Positions 8,744 through 18,100 of a stretch of 64,000 bases of DNA are shown here, in pieces; within the stretch, counting starts at the first letter, position 1, and each line of letters starts with the position of its first letter. The stretch covers positions 160,001-224,000 of the forward strand of contig JBBQFN010000003.1 in the NCBI GenBank assembly GCA_038321985.1, given 5' to 3'. A program made the position numbers and the translations under genes. Below the pieces are notes generated by a model. The model was not told where the DNA came from. It worked only from the letters and a program-made list of their open reading frames with translations, and did not search any database. The stretch is from Cyanophyceae cyanobacterium (GTDB lineage Bacteria; Cyanobacteriota; Cyanobacteriia; Cyanobacteriales; Laspinemataceae).

Positions 8744-10117
8744 TTACAATAATCCAGAGGATTCATACAGCCGTCGCAATAGGGCCAAAATTTTCTGACC
8801 ATATTGGAGATCTGCTGCCCAGCGACCACTGAGTTGTTCCAGTAAAGGGGCAATGCCACGGGCGACAAAGCGAAAGCGCGGATCAACCTGTTCCATGACG
8901 AGGGGTTCGATGCTGGCGTAGGCTTTCAAATGTTGGATATGGGCGCGGACCCCAATCCGAGCGCTGGGAAAAGAAGCGGCAGTATTGCCTCCACCTACCG
9001 AACCCAACCCAGCAAAATTGTTTTGAATGGGTTGGATTTCACCATTAAAGCGTAGAAAATTAGTTTCCAAACACATTTGACAGAAGGCGATATCGTAATT
9101 GATGCCTTCGATCGCCGCTTCTTCTCGGTACAGTTTGGGAAGGTCAGGAAACTGGACGATCGCCTGGGGATTGTTGCCTTTTAGAAAGACAATCAGTTGG
9201 ACTTCTGAGGTGTTTCCATGTCCGACAATGCGATCGAGAAAGCCCGGACAAATTTGCAAAATTGAGCGCAACATAACCGTGCGCGTCGCCCCATCCCATG
9301 AGACCGAGATATCATGTTCCCGTAACTCAATTCCTCGGACATATACAATATTCCGATAGGTCACCCGACGAACGGCTGCATTCGTAGATAGATTGACTTT
9401 AAAGCTATCCACGACATCAATGGGAATATAAGCGTTGCCATTAATGATGATGCCCTGTTCTCCATAGATTTGTCCATTAATAGTGATATTAATGGGGGGA
9501 TAGGTGGTTGGGACCGGGCTGCTAGAAGCCGGAGGCACGGGGTCTGGAAGAGGCGTACCCCCAGCCCAAGCTAGCAGACCCTCGGCTATGCCAATGGCGA
9601 AGTCCCGACGACGATTTTGCAGTAAAGAGCGGTCATCCGGGTTGGTCAGATAGCAGACCTCCATCAGCAGGGAAGGGAGAATCACCCAACGATTGAAGGC
9701 CAGAGTGCCCAAGCTCGTAGCCGTATCGGGTTTGGCTCCTCGGTTGGGAAGTTGAGGGACCCGTCGCAGTAAACCGAGGAGCAGTTGTTCGGCATTTTTC
9801 TGACGTTGGTCATTCTGGGCGATATAGTAGACGCTTGCTCCACGGCCCGTGGGGTTGGCAAATGCATTGGCATGGATTTCCAGGGCCACATCCCCGCTAC
9901 GGGCGCGGGTATTAATCCAGGAGATTGACTGACTCATGCTCAGGTTATCGGGAACGGATAAGACTTCTATTGATGAGCGCGATCGCAACTCGGTCACGAT
10001 TAAATCCCGTAGCAGGATCATTTCCTGAGCTTCCGTTGTCCCCCCAGCAACTGTCCCCGGATCCCGTACGCCATTCTCATAACCCCCGTGACCCGCTGAA
10101 ATAAAAATTCTGCTCAT
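8744..10117 (-). CDS. tftA: N-acetylmuramoyl-L-alanine amidase (Amidase_3) plus glucosaminidase-like domain, TftA-like
   Basis: ISAGHGG, EAQE, EIHAN, LMEV zinc/catalytic motifs; C-terminal QMCLETNFL..NNFAGLG..LSGRWAAD; no signal peptide. Confidence 0.75.
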   Translation of the reverse strand: MSRIFISAGHGGYENGVRDPGTVAGGTTEAQEMILLRDLIVTELRSRSSIEVLSVPDNLSMSQSISWINTRARSGDVALEIHANAFANPTGRGASVYYIAQNDQRQKNAEQLLLGLLRRVPQLPNRGAKPDTATSLGTLAFNRWVILPSLLMEVCYLTNPDDRSLLQNRRRDFAIGIAEGLLAWAGGTPLPDPVPPASSSPVPTTYPPINITINGQIYGEQGIIINGNAYIPIDVVDSFKVNLSTNAAVRRVTYRNIVYVRGIELREHDISVSWDGATRTVMLRSILQICPGFLDRIVGHGNTSEVQLIVFLKGNNPQAIVQFPDLPKLYREEAAIEGINYDIAFCQMCLETNFLRFNGEIQPIQNNFAGLGSVGGGNTAASFPSARIGVRAHIQHLKAYASIEPLVMEQVDPRFRFVARGIAPLLEQLSGRWAADLQYGQKILALLRRLYESSGLL

Positions 10118-10540
10118 ATTTCTGGTTTAATTTTGTGCACCTGTTTCCATCTATCTTCATCACCTCCGGTCACCAATCGGTGATACTCGCCCTATCAAAG
10201 CTAGGGAATATTTGTTGAGGAGAGAATTAGGGGTCCCCAGAGCGCCATGGCCTCCAGTTTTCCCTGGGCTTTGTTTGGGTAGGGGCATCCCGAATAGAAT
10301 AATAAATTGCAGCGAAATCACGGATGCCATTGGGGTTCTCCAGCGTGTAACCTGGAGCAAAAGGACTCAGCCGCACCGACGGGCGTGCCGTAGAAACCAT
10401 CCTTCTGTGTTTAAAACAAGCAGAGTCGCCCTGTCATTGCTGAATGAAATGGGAACTCCGTTTGTAGATCCGGGAGTAACAGTTTAGAGACTTAAAGGCA
10501 GTCGATCGAGTCCAGGAACGATTCCGAAAACCCTCGCTAA

Positions 10541-12841
10541 ATGCAGCCTAGGGCAAACTGGCCTGGGGAAATCATGGCCCCGAACCCACTCAAACTGTGC
10601 CTGTTGGATCTCGTCACCCGGAGAAGTATTGCAAACATGGCTAAGTCTTTTACTATAGACTTGAGTTCACCCGTTCGGAGGCCCGAACCCCCGGCTCGAT
10701 TCATGGAAGAGTTCCACCCCGCTGATTTAGGGAGACAAATGGCCCAAATCCTCCTGAGGCAGACCCAGAGCGGGACTCTGTTGCGCGATATGCTGGAGTG
10801 GGTGGGTTCGCTCTTCCCTGCCGATTGTTACCTGATTGTGGTCCAAAACCCCCAACACCAGAGCGTACAGAAGACCCACATTTGGCAATCGGAAACCTCA
10901 GAGGCCCCGTTTCTGCCCGAGGAATTGGCAACGATCCAAGGACTGAATTGGGTAGAAATCCTAAAAGGTGCAAACCTGATGGTAATTTCTAATCCCCAGA
11001 CTGGGGGAAAGAAGGTCCCCGGGGGCGAGGTTTGGGCCGATATGCCGGTGAGGGAAGTCTTAGGGATCTCTACCCGATTTCAGGAGAAGATTAACGGGGC
11101 CATTGTCGTGATGCGGGGATTTCTACGAGGGGGGGAGGGAAAGGCCGGTCCAGTCCAGATGACGCAATCCCCGGGGTCCCGTTGGACTGCTTTAGAAATG
11201 ATTAACCTAACTGCCGTATCAGAACAAGTGGCGATCGCGCTCAATCAAGTTATGGAGACTCACGAAATCGGGTCCTTGCAACAGCAGGTTCGCCATCAAG
11301 AAAAATATCAAACTCTAATCCACGAGCTCACGATCTCAATTCATCGGGGGGCCGATATTGAACGAATACTTCAGATGGCAATCAATAATCTGGCGGAAAC
11401 GTTGCAAGTTGATCGCGGTCGCATCCTCTTGTTAAAATATGCCGACCCCCTTTTTAAAACCCGATTCCAGAACAGCAACCGGCTCGCAGCTTCCCGGGAC
11501 GGGGATTCAGACAGGCCCCCAGACCTAACAGCGGCCCAGCGCCTTCCCAAAGCTAAAGTAACCGTCGTCTCCGAAAGCATCCCCCATTCTGAGGGGAATT
11601 TGGAGTCCTTACCTCCCCTGTGCGACTCCCAGTCCGCCGGCACAAAGGGCGATCGCTCTTTTTGGTTGTCCGAATGTTACTGGTGTCAGCAAGCCTTTTT
11701 ATCCGCCCCCAATTCCCTGGCGATCGCCGATCGCCGTGCCCTCCTCGCTCTCAATCCGGATATCGGCACCTCCCCTATCTTCACCCCGGAAACCATGCCC
11801 GCGCTGCTTACCTTTCCCTTAGTCGGGATTAGCAGTGCTGGATCCGGTCCCGGCACGGTTTTAGGCTTTATCGTCTTAGAACACAGTGCACCGCGTCTGT
11901 GGCAAGTAGAAGAACTTCGGCTGGTAGAATTAATCGCCGCGCAACTGAGTACCGCTATCCTCCACAGCCAAACCATGCAGCAAGTGCAGGCATTGGTAGA
12001 AGAACGCACCGCTCAATTACAGCGCTCTTTGGACGTTCAAGCCAAACTCTACGAAAAAACCCGGCAGCAAATTGACCAACTGCGCCAGTTAAACCAACTC
12101 AAGGATGAATTCCTGACCACCCTCTCCCACGAACTTAATACCCCACTTACGAGCATGAAAGTCGCGATCCAGATGTTGCGACAGCCTGGAATTACCCTCG
12201 ATCGCCAAACCCGCTACCTGGACATCTTAGAGTCCGAATGGCGCAGAGAAAGCAATTTAGTCCGAGATTTGCTGAAACTTCAGGAGTATGAGTCCAATCA
12301 AGCCTCGATTCACGTTCAAACCCTGGATTTAAAAATCGTCCTCAACGAAATCGCCAATTCGTTCCAGAATAAATTTGAAGAAAAGGGATTAAACCTGTGC
12401 TTAGAACTGCCGAAACGTACCCCTAAAGCGGCGGGTAAAAAGTTTTTTAAACTCAACACCGACGCGGAAAGTTTTGATCGCATCCTCCACGAACTGCTTA
12501 CCAATGCCAGAAAATATTCCGACCCTGGCACCACAGTTTATTTAAAAGCTACTCATCAAATTGATTTACAACAAAACCAAGTAATCGTGACGTTAACCAA
12601 TACGGGTGGGGGAATCTCTCCTGAGGACCTCCCCCATATTTTTGAAAAGTTTCGTCGGGGTCAAGGGGTCACCCAACAAGCGATCGGCGGTACGGGCTTA
12701 GGATTGGCCTTGGTCAAGTGTTTGGTGCAGCATCTCAATGGCTCGATTACCGTCTCCAGCCAACCTATAAAAAACTCGACAGCATGGGAAACCTGTTTCA
12801 CCTTGACCTTACCTCAACTGGTTGACAGTTCCCTCGGCTAA
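10541..12841 (+). CDS. GAF-domain sensor histidine kinase; start uncertain, possibly 10637
   Basis: H-box SHELNTPL, N-box ELLTNARKYS, G2 GGTGLGL, two GAF-like segments. Confidence 0.92.
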   Translation: MQPRANWPGEIMAPNPLKLCLLDLVTRRSIANMAKSFTIDLSSPVRRPEPPARFMEEFHPADLGRQMAQILLRQTQSGTLLRDMLEWVGSLFPADCYLIVVQNPQHQSVQKTHIWQSETSEAPFLPEELATIQGLNWVEILKGANLMVISNPQTGGKKVPGGEVWADMPVREVLGISTRFQEKINGAIVVMRGFLRGGEGKAGPVQMTQSPGSRWTALEMINLTAVSEQVAIALNQVMETHEIGSLQQQVRHQEKYQTLIHELTISIHRGADIERILQMAINNLAETLQVDRGRILLLKYADPLFKTRFQNSNRLAASRDGDSDRPPDLTAAQRLPKAKVTVVSESIPHSEGNLESLPPLCDSQSAGTKGDRSFWLSECYWCQQAFLSAPNSLAIADRRALLALNPDIGTSPIFTPETMPALLTFPLVGISSAGSGPGTVLGFIVLEHSAPRLWQVEELRLVELIAAQLSTAILHSQTMQQVQALVEERTAQLQRSLDVQAKLYEKTRQQIDQLRQLNQLKDEFLTTLSHELNTPLTSMKVAIQMLRQPGITLDRQTRYLDILESEWRRESNLVRDLLKLQEYESNQASIHVQTLDLKIVLNEIANSFQNKFEEKGLNLCLELPKRTPKAAGKKFFKLNTDAESFDRILHELLTNARKYSDPGTTVYLKATHQIDLQQNQVIVTLTNTGGGISPEDLPHIFEKFRRGQGVTQQAIGGTGLGLALVKCLVQHLNGSITVSSQPIKNSTAWETCFTLTLPQLVDSSLG

Positions 12842-13014
12842 TTATCGCGGGCGTCCTGGCCCTGGGGGAATCGCCGCCTCACTCTGACCCAGACACAGGG
12901 GCGGGGATTGCCGGCTTTCATGGGGGCGATCGCGCTTGACAACCTCCACCGGCGATGGAGCTCCCCAGTTTAAATCCCCCGAGACCTTTTCATGTTTAAA
13001 TAAAAGGTAGTAGC

Positions 13015-14781
13015 TTGGGCGATCGCCATCCGATGGCCTCGATCGTACAATTTGAGGGAAAGAACTTGTCGCTTGTTCGGGGTGAATTCACATCAATTGA
13101 CCGAAAAATGGTGGTAAAGACGGCTCCGAAACCACTACGTTGGCAACGCTCTAACTATTCTTTGTTAGGACGTCAGCTAGATATTTTTAGCTCCGCTGCT
13201 CAGTTTATGTTCTATCTGTGGTGGGATGACAAAGTGGCTCGCAAGGCCCCCCACCACCGCTATCGTCGCGCTGAATGGCTCGTCGGAACCCTCCTCGATT
13301 TAGGCCCGACGTTTATTAAAATTGGTCAGGCACTCTCTACGCGCGCTGATATTCTCCCCAAGGAGTACGTTAAGGCATTGGCGACCTTGCAGGATCAAGT
13401 CCCCGAATTTGGTTCAGCCCAGGCGATCGCGGTGATCGAATCAGAACTCGGCACCCCGCTTTACTCCCTCTTTCGCGATTTTGATGAATTCCCCATCGCC
13501 GCAGCAAGTCTCGGACAAGTCCACAAAGCCCGTCTCCATACCGGGGAAGATGTGGTCATTAAAGTTCAGCGTCCCGGTTTAGAAAAATTATTTGAACTCG
13601 ATTTTCGAGCGCTGCAAGACTTGGTAAAAATTTGCAATCGCTTTTTACCCTGGACTCGCAAATACGAATTACAAGAAATCTATCAGGAATTTGTTAATTT
13701 TCTTTCTCAAGAAATCGATTATGTTCAAGAAGGAAAAAATGCCGACCGTTTCCGAGAAAACTTTCATGATTACCCCAATATTCTCGTTCCTAAAATCTAT
13801 TGGCGCTACACGAAATGCAAGGTTTTGGCAATGGAATACTTACCGGGTATTAAAATTAACGATCGCCAGACTTTAGAATCCTGCGGCATTGATGTTAAAC
13901 AAGTCAACGTCCTCGGGATTTGCTGTTATCTCAAACAATTGTTAGAAGATGGCTTCTTTCAGGCCGACCCCCATCCGGGAAATATGGCAGTCAATCGCGA
14001 AGGAAGCCTGATTTTTTACGATTTTGGGATGATGGCGGAACTCAAATCTATGGCAAAGGACCGGATGATCCGCACCTTCTTCGCCGTGTTGAGAAAAGAT
14101 ACAGAAGCGGTTCTAGCGAGCTTAATTGAGATGGGCTTAGTTGTCCCGGTTCCGGATATGAAACCCGTGCGCCGGATGATTACCTTTTTGTTAGAAAATT
14201 TCACAGAAAAGCCGCTGGAAATTAAGGCATTACGGGAACTGCGAAGCGAATTATATGCAATGTTTCAGCAGCAACCCTTTCGCTTACCGGCACAAATGAC
14301 GTTTATTCTCAAATCCCTGACCACTCTGGATGGGATTGCGCGCACTTTAGACCCCCAATACAATCCCGTTGCCTGTGCCAAACCCTTTATTAGGCGGGTG
14401 ACAACAGGGCGGGGTAAAACCAGTCTCCTCAGCGGACTAACTCAACAGGCGCGAGAGTTTGTCAAATATCGATTGCAGCAACCCCGGCAAGGGGAAATCA
14501 TCCGCCGGATGGAACAACGAATTGAACGGGGTGAGTTGGAATTTCGGGTGCGGTCCGTAGAAAGCGATCGCCTCCTCAAACGCATGAATTTAGGCATTAA
14601 AAGTTTGATTTATGCCTGCGTCAGTGGATTTTTCTTAATCGCCGGTGCAGTTCTATTGGTGGGGACCTATCACGGCGGGGCGATCGCCTTCTTTACCCTG
14701 TCCGGTTTGACCTGTTTAATCTTCCTGCGCTCTTTGCTAAATCTATCCGTTCAGGAAAAGTTTGATAACCTGTCAGAATAA
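13015..14781 (+). CDS. ABC1/UbiB (AarF) atypical kinase; start probably 13108
   Basis: LGPTFIKIGQ, IAAASLGQVH, VIKVQRP, ADPHPGN, DFGMM; two C-terminal TM helices. Confidence 0.93.
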   Translation: MGDRHPMASIVQFEGKNLSLVRGEFTSIDRKMVVKTAPKPLRWQRSNYSLLGRQLDIFSSAAQFMFYLWWDDKVARKAPHHRYRRAEWLVGTLLDLGPTFIKIGQALSTRADILPKEYVKALATLQDQVPEFGSAQAIAVIESELGTPLYSLFRDFDEFPIAAASLGQVHKARLHTGEDVVIKVQRPGLEKLFELDFRALQDLVKICNRFLPWTRKYELQEIYQEFVNFLSQEIDYVQEGKNADRFRENFHDYPNILVPKIYWRYTKCKVLAMEYLPGIKINDRQTLESCGIDVKQVNVLGICCYLKQLLEDGFFQADPHPGNMAVNREGSLIFYDFGMMAELKSMAKDRMIRTFFAVLRKDTEAVLASLIEMGLVVPVPDMKPVRRMITFLLENFTEKPLEIKALRELRSELYAMFQQQPFRLPAQMTFILKSLTTLDGIARTLDPQYNPVACAKPFIRRVTTGRGKTSLLSGLTQQAREFVKYRLQQPRQGEIIRRMEQRIERGELEFRVRSVESDRLLKRMNLGIKSLIYACVSGFFLIAGAVLLVGTYHGGAIAFFTLSGLTCLIFLRSLLNLSVQEKFDNLSE

Positions 14782-15198
14782 TCTCGGTTATTGCGGGTGT
14801 TTTTTCTGGCTGCGCCTAGGAGATCAGGCCCCGGGCTTGCGGTGAGGCAGTCCAACTTCGGCTATGAAGCCATCGGATTGGCCCTAACCAATTTGTCCGA
14901 TTCCGTTAGGGTCGCCCTATAAAAAATGGGATAATATAGGTTTAACAAAGAGGCAGGGAAGTTTCTAGCTCCTGCCAGAAGTGCAGTCGGGTGCTTTTCA
15001 TAAACTGAGTCGGTGGGTCTTATCATAAAATATCCGGTTTTTTGGTTATTTTAGTTACAAATGGGGTGTCTGTTTATTCGTCCGCTTAATTGGAACTCCC
15101 CCTTAAACCTTTGGGGAACCTTTCGGGTTGAAAGTGAGAAAATTCGGGGAGTCTCCTCAACTATTAGTAACCTATAAGGGAAACCAACGGCGATCGCC

Positions 15199-18100
15199 AT
15201 GATTCCAGGCTATGAAATTCTCCACTTAATTTACGAAAGTCACAACTCGGTTGTTTATCGAGGGTTTCGCTTGGCGGATAACCAGCCGGTTATCCTTAAA
15301 GTTCTCAAACAGGACTATCCGTCACCGGAAGAACTCCGGCGATACCAACAAGAATATGAAATTACCCACCATCTGAAATTAGAGGGAGTGGGAATCTCAC
15401 TTGAATTAAAAACGGTGCAAAATGCCCCGGTGATTATCTTCGAGGATTTTGGGGGGGAATCTCTCTCCCAATGGAAAGGCGATCGCCCGTTAACTTTAGA
15501 GGAATTTCTCAGCATTGGGATTCAAATTACTGAATGTTTAAGCCAGATTCATGCCGCCCATATCATTCATAAAGATATTAACCCGGCTAATATTGTTTTA
15601 AACCCCGAAACCGGACAGCTTAAAATTATTGATTTTGGTATTTCTACTATTTTATCCCGGGAAAATCCTACCCTCAATAATCCCAACGTTTTAGAAGGAA
15701 CTTTACCTTATATTTCTCCGGAACAAACGGGACGGATGAATCGGGCGATCGATTACCGAACAGACTTTTACTCTCTCGGCGTCACTTTTTATGGATTGCT
15801 TGCGGATCGGCTTCCCTTCGAGAGTGATGACCCCTTAGAATGGGTGCATTGTCACATTGCCAAACAGCCGATTCCCTTACCGGAAGTCAATCCCAAAATT
15901 CCCAAAATTTTAGGGGATATCGTCCTCAAACTCATGGCAAAAACTGCGGAGAACCGCTATCAAAGTGCTAGGGGATTAAAAGCCGATTTAGAAGTTTGCT
16001 TGGATCAGTTTAAAACTACCGGAATTATATCAGCGTTTACTCTAGGCAGTCAAGATATTTCTGATAAGTTTCATATTCCTCAAAAACTCTATGGCCGGGA
16101 AGCAGAAATTCAGACCTTAATCACGGCATTCGAGCGCGTTGCCGCTGGGGAAAAAAGTTCCGTGACTCGGGTAACTCGCCCTTACTCACCCCAGCAATTG
16201 TCCCCCAGTCAAATGATGCTGGTTTCCGGCTATTCGGGCATTGGTAAATCTGCCATTGTTCATGAAATTTATAAACCTCTTACTGAAAAAAAAGGATATT
16301 TTATCTCGGGTAAGTTCGACCAATATCAAAGAGATATTCCCTATAGCGCTTTTATTCAAGCCTTTACGGAATTAGTCGAACAATTACTAACGGAAAGTGA
16401 AACTCAACTTCAGGAATGGCGAGATAAAATATTATTCCAATTAGGAGCAAATACCTCGGTGATTATCGAGGCGATCGCCGTGGTGGAATTGATTGTTGGC
16501 AAACAGCCGCCATTACCCTTACTCCCCCCAGCAGAATCTCTAAATCGCTTTCGGTTGGGCTTTCAAAACTTTATTAGAATCTTTAGCAGTCCAGCCCATC
16601 CCCTGGCAATTTTTTTAGATGATTTGCAATGGGCCGATCGCCCTTCCCTAGACCTGATTCAACTGTTGATGAATGGGTCAGAAATGGGATTGTTTTTAAT
16701 AGGGGCATATCGGGATAACGAAGTGACAGCGGCCCATCCCTTAATGCTCACCATCGCCAATATTCGGGAAAGCGGGGCGACGGTTAATGAGATTTTTTTA
16801 ACGCCCCTAGAGTTACCCACAGTCCGTTGTCTGATTGCTGATACCCTCCATTGTTCCAGCGACTGCGCCCAACCCTTAGCGGAACTGGCGATCGCAAAAA
16901 CCGGAGGTAATCCTTTTTTCCTGACTGAATTTTTGAAATCTCTCTATACCGAAGGACTCTTAGAATTTGACTACAATCGAGGCGGTTGGGAGTGGGATTT
17001 AGAACGGATTCAATCCCAGGGATTTAGCGAAAATGTCGTGGAATTGATGGCAAGCAAAATTCAAAAGCTCCCAGAAGAGGCACAAGAGGTTTTGAAACGG
17101 GCCGCTTGTATTGGTAATCAGTTCCCCTTAAAAACTTTAGCCCTAGTTTGTGAAAAATCTCCCCGAAAAACAGCTTCTTTGCTGTATTTGGCCGTATCGG
17201 AAGGGCTGGTATTACCCTTGAGTCCAATGGGGGATTGGGGAGTCGGGGTTGAAGAGTCAGAACAACCCGCTACCCCCTCATCAGTTCAAAGGTTTGGAAA
17301 ACTTAACCTCCGAAAGTTACGGGGAGAATATAAATTTGTTCATGATCGCATTCAGCAAGCCGCCTATAGTTTAATTCCTGATGCCGACCAAGATGCCATT
17401 CATCAACAAGTCGGTTACTTGTTGCTGAACAATACAGCCCCCCAGGAACGGGAAGAAAAAATATTCGAGATTGTAAACGCTTTAAATAAAGGGCGACTGC
17501 TTATTTTGGAACCGTCCCAACGGGAGGAACTGGCCCGCTTAAATCTACTAGCCGGTCAAAAAGCGAAGGCATCAGCCGCCTATCAACCGGCTTTCAAGTA
17601 TTTACAAACCGGATTAGAACTATTAGAGAAATCTCGGTGGCAGACTCAGTATGAACTGACCATTTCCCTGTATGTAGAAGCGGCAGAAGCCGCTTATCTG
17701 TGCGGGGAATTGATGCCAATGCAGCACTGGGTAAATGAGGTCCTCAACCGAGCTCAAACCCTGATGGATAAAGTCAAGGTTTATGAAATAAAAATTCAAG
17801 CGGGTAAATCCCAGAATCAATCCATTGAAGCCATTGCGACCGCTTTAGAGGTCCTGAAATTATTGGGAATAAAGTTTCCCAAAAAGCCCAATAAATTTCA
17901 TGCCTTGCAGGCCCTTATTTACTCCAAATTGCTATTTAAGGGAAAACAGCCCCGGGATTTGCTAGACCTGCCACCCATGAGCGATCGCAATATCCAAGCA
18001 GCTATGCGAATTTTATCCAGTATAGCAGCAGCTGCGTATATTGCCTTTCCGGATCTTTCCCCTCTCTTGGGATTTAAACAGTTTGAGCTATCGGTTAAAT

